Under the pieces are notes generated by a model, which had not been told where the DNA came from, did no database searches, and saw nothing but the letters and a program-made list of their open reading frames with translations. Below are positions 18,322-27,291 of a DNA stretch of 64,000 bases, one piece after another. This DNA comes from Candidatus Anoxymicrobiaceae bacterium. Lineage in GTDB: Bacteria > Actinomycetota > Geothermincolia > Fen-727 > Anoxymicrobiaceae. Every line of letters starts with the position of its first letter. The first letter of the stretch is position 1. The DNA lies in contig DAIUEJ010000009.1 in NCBI GenBank assembly GCA_036845225.1, positions 1,316-65,315 on the forward strand, given 5' to 3'. The translations under genes were made by a program, and so were the position numbers.

Positions 18322-20199
18322 CTACTCCTGCTGCCCTTTGCGCTTCATGTCGGCAAGTATGGATTCGAGCGACCCGTCTTCGCCCGCTCCTTCGCGAAGG
18401 CTCTCTTCGGCCTCGACCTCACCGGCTTCGACCGGCTCCGGCTCCTCCGATGCCTCCGCCACTTCTTCCGCCGTGGGCTCTATCGCTTCTACCGCCTCGG
18501 CAACCGCCTCGAGCTCTTCAGCCGCCTCCTCTATCGCCTCCGCTACAACGGCTTCGACGACGGCCTCCTCGACTGCTTCCTCGATAGCCTCTTCGACGAT
18601 CTCTTCAACGATAGCTTCCTCGATAGCCTCTTCGACGATCTCTTCAACGATGGCTTCCTCGATAGCCTCTTCGACGATCTCTTCAACGATGGCTTCCTCG
18701 ACGGCTTCCTCGATGGCCTCCGCCTCGGCCTCCGCGTAGGCAGCCGTAGCGCTTTCGAGCTCACCGCCCTGTTCCGCCGCAGTGACCTCCGCCTCGATGT
18801 TCTCGACCGCAGCCGCGATCTCAGCCGCCTCGGAGGCGATATCCGCCATCGCTACGGGAGGCTCGGCCGGCTCGGTGTCCGCTGCCTCCGAAATGCTCTC
18901 CTCGAACTCTTCGGCGTCCACGAGCTCGGGCTCGCCGGCAGCCTCATCCTCGTAGCGGTATTCGACCTCGCCAGGCGCGGAGAGCTGCTTGAGGCTCAGC
19001 GATATCCGACGGCGGTCGAGGTCGATGTCGATTATCTTCGCGTCCACCTCTTCGCCGACGGACACGACCTCTTCGGGGAACTCGATGTGCTCCCAGGCGA
19101 GCTCGGATATATGGACGAGCCCTTCCACGCCCGGCGCTATCTCGACGAAGGCCCCGAACGGCACCAGCTTGGTGACCTTGCCGTGTACCGTCGACCCTGC
19201 CGGCTTCTCCTTGGCGAGCTTCTCCCAAGGGTCCTCCTGCGCCTTCTTCAGCGACAGCGAGACCCGCTCGCGCTCGAGGTCCACGTCCAGTATCTCGACG
19301 GTGACCTCGTCCCCTACGGCGAGCACTTCGGAAGGATGGTCGACGTGGCTCCAGGACAGTTCCGAGATGTGGATCAGCCCGTCCACCCCGCCGAGGTCGA
19401 CGAACGCGCCGAAGTTCACGATGCTCGACACGGTGCCGGCATGCTTCGAGCCCTTCTCCAGGCTCTCCAGGAACTCCTTGCGCTCGGTCGACTTCTGCTT
19501 CTCCAGGTACGCCCGGCGCGACAGGACCACGTTGTTCCTGTTCTTGTCGAGCTCGATTATCTTGGCCTCCAGCGATTGTCCCAGGAACTGGCTGAGGTCT
19601 TTCACACGCCTCATGTCCACCAGCGACGCCGGCAGGAACCCGCGCAGGCCGATGTCCAGGATGAGGCCTCCCTTGACGACCTCGATGACCTCACCCTCCA
19701 CTATGCCGTCCTCGTCCTTGATCCGCTCGATGTTGCCCCAGGCACGCTCGTACTGGGCCCTCTTCTTGGAGAGGATGAGGCGGCCTTCCTTGTCCTCCTT
19801 CTGGAGGACGAGCGCCTCGAGTTCATCTCCGGGCTGGACTATCTCCGCCGGCTTGACGTCGTACCGGATCGACAGCTCGCGCGCCGGTATCACGCCTTCC
19901 GATTTGTATCCTATGTCGAGGAGGACCTCCTCCTTGTCGACCCTCACCACCGTCCCGTGCACGATGTCGCCTTCGTTGAATATCTTGATAGTGCCATCGT
20001 AGTCGGGCACTTTCTGGCTCTCCTCTGGCGGCAGTCCGAGGCTCGCCAGCGACTCCCTTGCCTCGGCGCCGGTCAAAAGGCTCTCTTCGTCTTCGTCCAT
20101 CTCCCTTGCGTCCGTCTCCGCAGGTTGCGCAGTCTCTTCCATCGGTGTCTCGTCGGCGTTTGCAGCGTCGTCAGTGGTGTTCAGGTCCTCGTCTGTCAT
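18322..20199 (-). CDS. rpsA: 30S ribosomal protein S1 with acidic N- and C-terminal extensions
   Basis: It has four S1 domains (…GDIVHGTVVRVDKEEVLLDIGYKSEGVIP…). The likely start is ATG 20199, preceded by the RBS GGAAGGA; the track start 20217 is TTG. The C-terminal about 150 aa are a Glu/Ala/Ile/Val low-complexity tail. Confidence 0.9.
   Translation of the reverse strand: MTDEDLNTTDDAANADETPMEETAQPAETDAREMDEDEESLLTGAEARESLASLGLPPEESQKVPDYDGTIKIFNEGDIVHGTVVRVDKEEVLLDIGYKSEGVIPARELSIRYDVKPAEIVQPGDELEALVLQKEDKEGRLILSKKRAQYERAWGNIERIKDEDGIVEGEVIEVVKGGLILDIGLRGFLPASLVDMRRVKDLSQFLGQSLEAKIIELDKNRNNVVLSRRAYLEKQKSTERKEFLESLEKGSKHAGTVSSIVNFGAFVDLGGVDGLIHISELSWSHVDHPSEVLAVGDEVTVEILDVDLERERVSLSLKKAQEDPWEKLAKEKPAGSTVHGKVTKLVPFGAFVEIAPGVEGLVHISELAWEHIEFPEEVVSVGEEVDAKIIDIDLDRRRISLSLKQLSAPGEVEYRYEDEAAGEPELVDAEEFEESISEAADTEPAEPPVAMADIASEAAEIAAAVENIEAEVTAAEQGGELESATAAYAEAEAEAIEEAVEEAIVEEIVEEAIEEAIVEEIVEEAIEEAIVEEIVEEAIEEAVEEAVVEAVVAEAIEEAAEELEAVAEAVEAIEPTAEEVAEASEEPEPVEAGEVEAEESLREGAGEDGSLESILADMKRKGQQE
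18568..18716 (-). repeat. 39-bp tandem repeat (about 3.5 copies) inside the rpsA 3' end, encoding (EAIVEEIVEEAIE)n
   Basis: The unit cgatagcctcttcgacgatctcttcaacgat(g/a)gcttcct recurs at about 18582, 18621 and 18660. Confidence 0.8.
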
Positions 20200-20350
20200 C
20201 GTTGTTTTTCCTTCCAATAGCCGGTACGTACGCTATATAGAAACACATACCTTTTGACCTCGCAAGTTGGCCGCGCGCGGCCTCTCGCGGCCGGTCGGCG
20301 GGTGGGTGCAGGGTGCGGCTCTCGGGCTCGTCACGCATGGCGTCATGGGA

Positions 20351-23059
20351 TCATTGCTTGGCCTGGCCCCAGTTCTCGTAGACGCCGATGTCGACCTTGA
20401 GCGGCACAAGCATGTCAATGGCGCCCATCATCCTTTCCCGGACGAGGCCCCTCAGTTCTTCGACTTCATCGGGGGCCGCGTCGAATATGAGCTCGTCGTG
20501 TATCTGCAGGGTCATTCGCGAGCGCAGTCCCCCCTCCGCCACCGCGGCTGCCGCGTCGACCATCGCCTTCTTGATTATGTCGGCCGCCGTGCCCTGCAGA
20601 GGCGTGTTGATCGCCAGCCGCTCGCCGAGCTCCCTGGTCTGCCTGTTGGGGCTCGCCAGCTCGGGGATGAAGCGCCTGCGGCCGAGCAGCGTCACCCCGT
20701 AGCCCCTCCTCGTGGCTTCTTCGATGCAATCGTCGCGGTATCTGGCGACCCCGCCGTATGTGGCGAAGTAGGTGTCGATGTAGGCGGTGGCGTCCTCCAT
20801 GCTTATCCCCAGACGCGACGACAGCCCGTAGTACCCCATGCCGTAGACGACCCCGAAGTTGACGACCTTGGCCATGCGCCTCATCTCGCCGGTGACCTCC
20901 TCGGCGGGCACCCCGAACACCAGGGACGCGGTCTCGCTGTGTATGTCCGCGTCCCGCTCGAAGGCTGCCAGCAGAAGCCCGTCGCGGGACATGTGCGCGA
21001 GCACGCGCAGCTCGATCTGCGAGTAGTCCGCGACCAGCATCTTCCAGCCCGGCTCCCCTGGGATGAAAGCCTCGCGGATCTTTCGCCCGACTTCGGTACG
21101 GACCGGGATGTTCTGCACGTTGGGGTTGCTGGACGAGATCCGACCGGTGGCCGTGGCGGTCTGGTTGAACAGCGAGTGCACCCTTCCTGTCGACTCGCAC
21201 ACCAGCGCCGGCAGCACGTCGAAATACGTCGACTTCAGCTTCGAGTACTCCCTGTACTCGATCACCTTGGCGGCGATCTCGTGCGAATCGCGAAGCGCCT
21301 CGAGCACCGACACGTCTGTGGAGTAGCCCGTTTTGGTCTTCTTCTGCGCAGGCAGGCCCAGCTCGTCGAACAGGACCTGGGCGAGCTGCCGCGTCGAGCC
21401 TATCTTGAACTCGTGGCCGGCCAGCGCGTAGATGTCCTGCTCCAGGCTGCCCAGGATGCCGGCGGCTTCTTCAGAGAGCGACCGCAGCGCCCCGGCGTCC
21501 AGCGCAACCCCCGTCTCTTCCATCTCTTTGAGCACGAACGCGAGCGGCAGCTCCACCTCTTCGAGAAGGCTCCTCATCCCGAGGGCGTGGAGCTTCTCTT
21601 CAAGGACCGGCTTCAGGTGATAGACCCTGCCTGCGTCGGTGGCGGCCTTCACGTCTTCCTCGTGATACCAGTCGCTGTCCGGCTCGTCCAGGAGAGACGG
21701 CTGGACACCGCGTTCGCGCCATTCCTCGTGCCCGGCCACCGTCACCGACCCGCCCAGGTTCCTCTCCCAGATGTCCCAGAGGTGGTACGTCCCGAGCGAC
21801 GGGTTCTCCAGGTAAGCCGCGAGCACCGTGTCGAAAGAGACGCTCCTTGCGACGATCGCTTCTTTGTCGAGCGCCTCGAGGGTCGCCTTCGCGTCGTGAA
21901 ACCATTTCTCGACGCCCTCCGACTCCACGAGAGCCCGTGCTGTGCCGAACGCCCCGCCGTCATCCGGCCGGGCGACCATTACGCTCTTCGCGGTGGCGAG
22001 CGCCAGGGCGACCAGCCTCACTTCGCAGAAGCCCGAACCACTGAGGATGGAGGACACCCCCACGGCCCCGGCCTCTTCCGCCTCGCGCGCGAAAGATGCC
22101 AGCGCGCTCATGTCGGACGGATCGACCATCGCATATTCGATCGACTCCCCATGGGCCTCGGCGCCCTCCGGCAACTGGGTGCCGTACATCTCCATGAAGC
22201 GCTTGGCCAGCGTCTTGAACTCCAGGGCGGAGAGGTAGTCCAGCACCTCGTGCTTATCCCAATCGGCAAACGAGACCTTCGTGATATCGAGTTCGATGGG
22301 CACGTCGGTATCGAGCCGGGAGAGCTTCCTCGAGAGGAACGCGATGTCCCGGTTCTCCTCGAGAGCGCTCTTCCTCTTCGCGCCGGTTATCTCCCCCAGG
22401 TGCTCGTAGAGCCCCTCGAGCGAACCGTACTGGCTTATCAAGGCCGAGGCCCCTTTCTCGCCGATGCCGGGGACCCCGGGGATGTTGTCGGAGGCGTCGC
22501 CCTTGAGGCCGGCCACGTCAGGAAGCTGCCCGGGGGTGACACCGTACTTCTGGACCACAGCCTCCGGGTCGAACGAGACCGTCTCGGTGATACCCTTGCC
22601 GGTCATCACCACCCTGACGCCGGGCCGGACCAACTGGAGCGTGTCGCGATCGCCGGTGACGATCACAGCCTCGTCTCCCAGCTCGGCGGCCCTGAGAGCG
22701 ATCGTCGCGAGCACGTCGTCGGCCTCGTGGCCCGTTACCGTGACGATCGGTATCCTCATGTGGCCCAGAAGGTGCTCGATCATCTCGATCTGTCCGCGCA
22801 GCTCGTCGGGCATGGTCGGCCGGTGCGCTTTGTATTCGGGGAACTCGTGGGTCCTCTTCAGTTCGGAGCGAGGGCCGTCAAGGGCGACGACGACCGCGTC
22901 GGGCTTCTCCTCGTCGAGGACTTTCAAGAGCATGCTGGTGAAGCCGTAGAGGGCATTGGTCGGTTGGCCCCCGGTCGTGGTCATGGTCGCGGGCAGCGCG
23001 AAGAAAGCCCTGTAGGCAAGGCTGTGGCCGTCCAGCAGCAGTACTTTTCTTTCAGCCAA
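20351..23059 (-). CDS. polA: DNA polymerase I
   Basis: The 902 aa product has an N-terminal 5'-3' exonuclease domain (LLLDGHSLAYRAFFAL), a 3'-5' exonuclease-like domain and a polymerase domain (…RRMAKVVNFGVVYGM…QIHDELIF…). Confidence 0.97.
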   Translation of the reverse strand: MAERKVLLLDGHSLAYRAFFALPATMTTTGGQPTNALYGFTSMLLKVLDEEKPDAVVVALDGPRSELKRTHEFPEYKAHRPTMPDELRGQIEMIEHLLGHMRIPIVTVTGHEADDVLATIALRAAELGDEAVIVTGDRDTLQLVRPGVRVVMTGKGITETVSFDPEAVVQKYGVTPGQLPDVAGLKGDASDNIPGVPGIGEKGASALISQYGSLEGLYEHLGEITGAKRKSALEENRDIAFLSRKLSRLDTDVPIELDITKVSFADWDKHEVLDYLSALEFKTLAKRFMEMYGTQLPEGAEAHGESIEYAMVDPSDMSALASFAREAEEAGAVGVSSILSGSGFCEVRLVALALATAKSVMVARPDDGGAFGTARALVESEGVEKWFHDAKATLEALDKEAIVARSVSFDTVLAAYLENPSLGTYHLWDIWERNLGGSVTVAGHEEWRERGVQPSLLDEPDSDWYHEEDVKAATDAGRVYHLKPVLEEKLHALGMRSLLEEVELPLAFVLKEMEETGVALDAGALRSLSEEAAGILGSLEQDIYALAGHEFKIGSTRQLAQVLFDELGLPAQKKTKTGYSTDVSVLEALRDSHEIAAKVIEYREYSKLKSTYFDVLPALVCESTGRVHSLFNQTATATGRISSSNPNVQNIPVRTEVGRKIREAFIPGEPGWKMLVADYSQIELRVLAHMSRDGLLLAAFERDADIHSETASLVFGVPAEEVTGEMRRMAKVVNFGVVYGMGYYGLSSRLGISMEDATAYIDTYFATYGGVARYRDDCIEEATRRGYGVTLLGRRRFIPELASPNRQTRELGERLAINTPLQGTAADIIKKAMVDAAAAVAEGGLRSRMTLQIHDELIFDAAPDEVEELRGLVRERMMGAIDMLVPLKVDIGVYENWGQAKQ

Positions 23060-23113
23060 ACCGCGCGCCTCTCTATCGCGTCCGCTTCTTCAGCTTCTGG
23101 ATTCGCCCCCGGC

Positions 23114-23851
23114 TCACACGAACCTTGATGCTCCTGACGGGCAGTGTGTCACGCACAGGCCGCATCCGTAGCACCTGCCGACCCGAGCTTTACCGTCCTC
23201 ACCGACAGTCCTCTCCTCGAACGGGCACACCTCGACACAGCGGCCGCAGCCTTCACAGCCCGCAGCATGCACATACGACCTCATCAGGCCCCTGTGAAAC
23301 GGGTAACGATCCGTGCCGTAGTGCGCCCGGGACAGCAAGGGCAGGCAGCCGTCCGAGCAGCAGTTGCAGATGACGAAGTAGCTGCCGCCGCTCCCGGTGT
23401 CGAGGTGGGCATACGCTATCTGCGCGAGCCCCTTCCGGTGGCAATCGTTACAGAGGGAGAGCGCCTCGTCCACGCCGATCTCCCGGTAATCTTCGGGAAA
23501 GAGACCGGTCCAGACCCCAAAGCCCGTCCGGATGACTATGTCGGTCTCCAGCGGATGGGAGCATCCGGCGTGGGCGAGCCTGCAGCGGCAGGGCCCGACC
23601 GCTACCCGCGAGCCTTGCTTGAGGAATCCTTCGAGCTCGACCGGCGACAGCGGCGTTCCGGCTATGCCCCACTTCGCGGACGGGTAGGCGAGCGTCCAGT
23701 AGACGAGCTCGCTCACGGCGCGATGACGCATCGCCCGGCTGGAAAGCAGCCGGTAGAGTATCGAAAGGAGTCGCACCTCGTGGCGGGCATACAGCCCCAG
23801 GATGAAGAGCCTGGTCGGGCTTTCCTCTCCGGCTGTGATGTGTGCAAGCAT
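23114..23851 (-). CDS. Cys-rich iron-sulfur protein with two C-terminal 4Fe-4S ferredoxin motifs; function unknown
   Basis: It contains CEGCGRCVEVCP and CYGCGLCVTHCP, plus an upstream CRC…C…CNDC…CNCCSDGC cluster. The track ORF (to 24019) runs antisense across a tRNA. A start at MLAHITAGEE (about 23851, with RBS GGAGCG) or at MGYY (about 23893) is more plausible. Confidence 0.6.
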   Translation of the reverse strand: MLAHITAGEESPTRLFILGLYARHEVRLLSILYRLLSSRAMRHRAVSELVYWTLAYPSAKWGIAGTPLSPVELEGFLKQGSRVAVGPCRCRLAHAGCSHPLETDIVIRTGFGVWTGLFPEDYREIGVDEALSLCNDCHRKGLAQIAYAHLDTGSGGSYFVICNCCSDGCLPLLSRAHYGTDRYPFHRGLMRSYVHAAGCEGCGRCVEVCPFEERTVGEDGKARVGRCYGCGLCVTHCPSGASRFV

Positions 23852-23897
23852 TGGCGCTCCGTGACGGGTATTCCAGTTGCTATAATATCCCATGATG

Positions 23898-23985
23898 TGC
23901 CGAAGTGGCGGAATGGTAGACGCGCTGGTCTCAAAAACCAGTGGGGTGACACCCCGTCCCGGTTCGAGTCCGGGCTTCGGCACCA
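23898..23985 (+). tRNA. tRNA-Leu (anticodon CAA)
   Basis: The sequence is GCCGAAGTGGCGGAATGGTAGACGCGCTGGTCTCAAAAACCAGTGGGGTGACACCCCGTCCCGGTTCGAGTCCGGGCTTCGGCACCA. The acceptor pairs GCCGAAG/CTTCGGC. It has a 3-bp D stem as in Leu tRNAs, the anticodon loop CTCAAAA, a long variable arm, a T-arm with TTCGAGT, and an encoded CCA. It is nearly identical to E. coli tRNA-Leu. Confidence 0.9.
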
Positions 23986-24088
23986 GCACTCGTTCAACGA
24001 CTCTGCAGCACCCTGCCACAGACGGACACTTACCGCGAGTGGGCGCAATGAAGAACGTTCACGGTTGGCGGGCCTGAGACGGGGTGGG

Positions 24089-24328
24089 CTATTTCTTCGC
24101 CGGAGCGGCAGGCTTTTCGATCGGCCTTGCGATGTAGATGGCGATGAGCCCGAAGACAGGTAAGAAGAAGCCGATGATGAACCACCACTGCATGCTCCGG
24201 CCTTTGCGGGCCGCGACGGCCCCGGCCCAGGTGCCGAAGATGATCGCAAGCACCAGCGCGCCGAACATCAAATAGGTCCAGCCGCTGGACCAGGGTATGA
24301 GCGCTTTCGCCACAAGCGACATGAGCAT
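24089..24328 (-). CDS. Small two-TM membrane protein (PLD-nuclease N-terminal-domain-like)
   Basis: The 79 aa product has two hydrophobic helices with a basic loop (ARKGRSMQWW) and a Pro/Ala/Lys tail. Confidence 0.5.
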   Translation of the reverse strand: MLMSLVAKALIPWSSGWTYLMFGALVLAIIFGTWAGAVAARKGRSMQWWFIIGFFLPVFGLIAIYIARPIEKPAAPAKK

Positions 24329-24416
24329 CTGCTCTTACCTCCATACGTACGTGTACACGACAGCCAGATGATACCAGATAACGGCTCGGCCGGACATCTT
24401 CATCCGGCCGGGATCA

Positions 24417-24860
24417 TCAGCCTTTGCGCCGCTCTTTTCTCAGTTGCCGCGCTTCCTTCTTCATGGTGCGCCGCGAGACGACGTGCTCCTCGTGCCCGTA
24501 GTCGCGCGCCAGCGGGGGCGGCTCGTGAGGATCCTGGCCGGAGCGGACACCGTACTGGCCGATGTCTACGGGAGTCGCGGCTCCCTTCGCGGGCGTGTGA
24601 GGTTCAGACATCTGCTCGCCGGTCCGCACCCCATAACTGCCGACGTCAACGGGACCTCCCGAAGGTTGCCGGGTGAACTCGTCGGGATGAATGACGGGCG
24701 CGCCCTCACCGAAGCTGGAGGGGTACTTGCTCTTGAAGCCTTCATCGAACGCGGGTGACTGCGCCGTGTACTCCGCGCACTCGAAGCCTGCCGTCGACAT
24801 GCAGAGGTTGCAGTATTCGGCGTGGTCCGGGTTCTCCGCGCCACAAGCGGGGCACTTCAT
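24417..24860 (-). CDS. Zinc-ribbon domain protein with internal PVD(V/I)GxYGVRxG repeats
   Basis: It contains MKCPACGAENPDHAEYCNLC, a CxxC…CxxC zinc ribbon, followed by two copies of the PVDVGSYGVRTGEQ/PVDIGQYGVRSGQD repeat. The track ORF extends to 24896. Confidence 0.55.
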   Translation of the reverse strand: MKCPACGAENPDHAEYCNLCMSTAGFECAEYTAQSPAFDEGFKSKYPSSFGEGAPVIHPDEFTRQPSGGPVDVGSYGVRTGEQMSEPHTPAKGAATPVDIGQYGVRSGQDPHEPPPLARDYGHEEHVVSRRTMKKEARQLRKERRKG

Positions 24861-25040
24861 CGTCAAAGCGTTCTGACCTCCTGAGCGTCCGCTCACCGCG
24901 GCTCACGACACGACCCTCTCCGGCTGCTGCCTCCCCGGGCCAGGAGCGGGCCGAAGCGCCGCTCCCCTGCAGCGCCGGTTTTCCGCGTCCCGGCCCTACG
25001 AGACATTATTCTGAAGCGCCCTGCGATTTACCTTTGCGCA

Positions 25041-26351
25041 TCAGTCCTTGAGGTTGCCCGAGACGTACTCTTCGTATCCGCCCAGGTCCAGCAGGCCGTG
25101 CCCGCTGAGGTTGAACAGGATGTTCCTGGACTCACCCGACTCCTTGCACTTCAAGGCCTCGTCGATCGCGCACTTCGCCGCATGCGCCGACTCGGGGGCG
25201 ATTATCATGCCCTCCGTCCGCGCGAAGAGCATCGCGGCCTCGAAGACCGCGGTCTGCGGGTAGGCGATAGGATCGATGTAGCCCTGGTTCACCAGCATCG
25301 ACAGTATCGGGGCGTCCCCGTGATAGCGCAGGCCCCCGGCGTGGATCGGCGATGGCACGAACTTGTGCCCCAGGGTGTACATCTTGACGATGGGGGCGAG
25401 CTCGGCCTCGTCGCCGAAGTCGTACTCGTACTTGCCCTTGGTGAGGGTCGGGCACGACACCGGCTCGACCGCCAGTATGGTGAGGTCCTTGCCATCGAAC
25501 TTGTCCTTCATGAACGGGAAAGCTATCCCCGAGGCGTTGCTCCCGCCGCCGACGCAGCCGATGATCGTGTCAGGGTACTCCCCGAGCTTCTCCATCTGCG
25601 CTTTGGCCTCCAGGCCGATCACGGTCTGGTGCATGCAGACGTGGTTGAGCACGCTGCCCAGGGAGTATCTGGCGTCGGGGTCGGTCGCCGCCAACTCCAC
25701 TGCCTCGCTGATGGCGATGCCGAGGCTGCCCGGGCAGTCCGGGTCTTCCGCGAGCACCGCCCTGCCTGAGTTGGTCAGCTCTGACGGGCTCGGGTTTACC
25801 TCCGCTCCCCACACGTGCATCATGGCGCGCCGGTATGGCTTCTGGTCGTACGAGATCCTCACCATGAACACCTTGAGGTCGAGGCCGAAGAACTTGCAGC
25901 CGAGCGCGAGCGCGCTTCCCCACTGGCCGGCACCGGTCTCCGTGTAGATCCGCTTCACGCCCTCCGCCTTGTTGTAGTAGGCCTGGGCGATCGCCGTGTT
26001 CGGCTTGTGGCTGCCCGCCATGCTCACGCTCTCGTCCTTGTAGAAGATCTTTGCGGGCGTGTCGAGCGCCTCCTCGAGCCTGTAGGCGCGGTGCAGCGGA
26101 GTGGGCCTGAAGAGCTTGTAGACCTCGATGACCTCATCGGGTATCTCGATGTAGCGTTCCTGGCTCATCTCCTGCTTGATGAGCTCCATCGGGAATAGTG
26201 GCGCGAGGTCCTCAGGGCCCAGCGGCTCCCTTGTCCCCGGGTGGAGCGGCGGCGGCAGGGGCTCGGGGAGATCCGCCTGGATGTTGTACCACGACGTCGG
26301 GATCTCGTTCTCCGCCAGAGTCACCCTATATGGACCTTCCTTGGATGGCAT
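25041..26351 (-). CDS. trpB: Tryptophan synthase beta chain, TrpB2-type (stand-alone)
   Basis: The product is about 436 aa, which is the TrpB2 length. It carries …[16 protein letters not shown]… (PLP lysine), …[11 protein letters not shown]… and …[11 protein letters not shown]…. The start is the ATG about 26351, preceded by a perfect RBS AAGGAGA. No trpA is adjacent. Confidence 0.88.
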   Translation of the reverse strand: MPSKEGPYRVTLAENEIPTSWYNIQADLPEPLPPPLHPGTREPLGPEDLAPLFPMELIKQEMSQERYIEIPDEVIEVYKLFRPTPLHRAYRLEEALDTPAKIFYKDESVSMAGSHKPNTAIAQAYYNKAEGVKRIYTETGAGQWGSALALGCKFFGLDLKVFMVRISYDQKPYRRAMMHVWGAEVNPSPSELTNSGRAVLAEDPDCPGSLGIAISEAVELAATDPDARYSLGSVLNHVCMHQTVIGLEAKAQMEKLGEYPDTIIGCVGGGSNASGIAFPFMKDKFDGKDLTILAVEPVSCPTLTKGKYEYDFGDEAELAPIVKMYTLGHKFVPSPIHAGGLRYHGDAPILSMLVNQGYIDPIAYPQTAVFEAAMLFARTEGMIIAPESAHAAKCAIDEALKCKESGESRNILFNLSGHGLLDLGGYEEYVSGNLKD

Positions 26352-26384
26352 CGTCGTCTCCTTTCCTTGTCGATACAATGCCTC

Positions 26385-26410
26385 TAAAAAAAACCCGGTC
26401 CGCGACCGGG
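26385..26410 (-). terminator. Intrinsic terminator (attenuator 3:4 hairpin) between trpL and trpB2
   Basis: The minus-sense sequence is CCCGGUC-GCG-GACCGGG followed by UUUUUUUU. It lies 35-60 nt upstream of the trpB2 start codon. Confidence 0.8.
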
Positions 26411-26483
26411 GATTTTCCCACTAAATAAGCCGCGGGCTCTCATGTCCCACGGCCTGTTCTTTTTTCACGGCAACGTGGAACCC

Positions 26484-26538
26484 TTTAGGAGCCCCACCAC
26501 CAGTTGTTCAGTTCGCTGCGCACTGCCTTCTTCTTCAT
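26484..26538 (-). CDS. trpL: Trp leader peptide (17 aa: MKKKAVRSELNNWWWGS) of a ribosome-mediated attenuator
   Basis: The reading frame is AUG AAG AAG AAG GCA GUG CGC AGC GAA CUG AAC AAC UGG UGG UGG GGC UCC UAA on the minus strand. It lies about 45 nt after the cmk stop and about 75 nt before the terminator hairpin. Alternative pairings 1:2 (GGGGCUC/GAGCCC) and 2:3 (CCGCGGC/GUCGCGG) are present. Confidence 0.8.
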
Positions 26539-26584
26539 AGTGAGGTGCATGTTACCCGAAATGCCCGGGGCATGCAAGCGGGTG

Positions 26585-27289
26585 TCAATGGATGATCCCC
26601 CTGTCCGCGAGCAGCCCCGTGATCTCGTCCGCGACCTCGGCGACTGTCTTGTCCGTGGTGTCTATCGCGACCGCGTCTGGAGCCGGCCTCAAGGGGCTGA
26701 CCGCCCGAGACGAATCGATCGTGTCACGCTTCCTGATCTCCGAGGCGACCTGCTCGCGGGTCACGTCGATGCCTTTTTCCCGCATCTCGGCCAGGCGGCG
26801 GCGGGCACGCTCCGCCTGAGAGGCCTCCAGGAATATCTTGAGCGGCGCGTCCGGCAGGACCGTGGTGCCTATATCCCTGCCCTCCACGACGGCGCCCCTC
26901 CCTTCTACAAGGCACCTCTGCAGCCTGACCATCTCGCAGCGCACGACTGCCGCCGCCGACACCGGCGAAACGGCGTCACCGACCTCCGGGGAGCGTATCT
27001 GTTCGGTTACCTCACGCTCATCGATGAACACGCGCAGGGTCTCCCCGTCGCGCAGCTCGAGCCTGAAAGAGGCGCCGACCTCGACGGCGACCTCCCCGAG
27101 AGCCGCCTCGTCGTCAACGGGCATGCCCCTCTCGAGAGCGAGCAGCGTGACCGCTCGATACATCGACCCGCTGTCCACCAGGGCAAGCCCAAGCTGGCGC
27201 GCAAGAACGAGTGCCACCGTGCTCTTGCCGGACGCTGCCGGCCCGTCTATTGCTATCAGTATCTGGGCTCTGCTCTCGCCGGCGCTCAT
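26585..27289 (-). CDS. cmk: Cytidylate kinase
   Basis: It contains …IAIDGPAASGKST… (P-loop) and has CMP kinase architecture. The start is ATG 27289 (MSAGESRAQ), 2 nt after the aroA stop. The longer track ORF begins inside aroA. Confidence 0.9.
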   Translation of the reverse strand: MSAGESRAQILIAIDGPAASGKSTVALVLARQLGLALVDSGSMYRAVTLLALERGMPVDDEAALGEVAVEVGASFRLELRDGETLRVFIDEREVTEQIRSPEVGDAVSPVSAAAVVRCEMVRLQRCLVEGRGAVVEGRDIGTTVLPDAPLKIFLEASQAERARRRLAEMREKGIDVTREQVASEIRKRDTIDSSRAVSPLRPAPDAVAIDTTDKTVAEVADEITGLLADRGIIH

Positions 27290-27291
27290 GG

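Noticed and set aside
18566-18716. Possible CRISPR-like or tandem array
   Set aside because: The repeats are perfectly contiguous with a 39-nt period and no spacers. They are in frame within rpsA and encode a low-complexity protein repeat. They are not CRISPR.
20262-20300. Perfect palindrome GGCCGCGCGCGGCC downstream of polA, considered as a terminator
   Set aside because: No U-tract follows on the relevant strand. It may be a weak terminator or a protein-binding site, and the evidence is insufficient.
23893-24019. N-terminal 43-57 codons of the Fe-S protein ORF
   Set aside because: They lie antisense across the complete tRNA-Leu gene and begin at GTG. A downstream ATG with a good RBS exists, so the extension is spurious.
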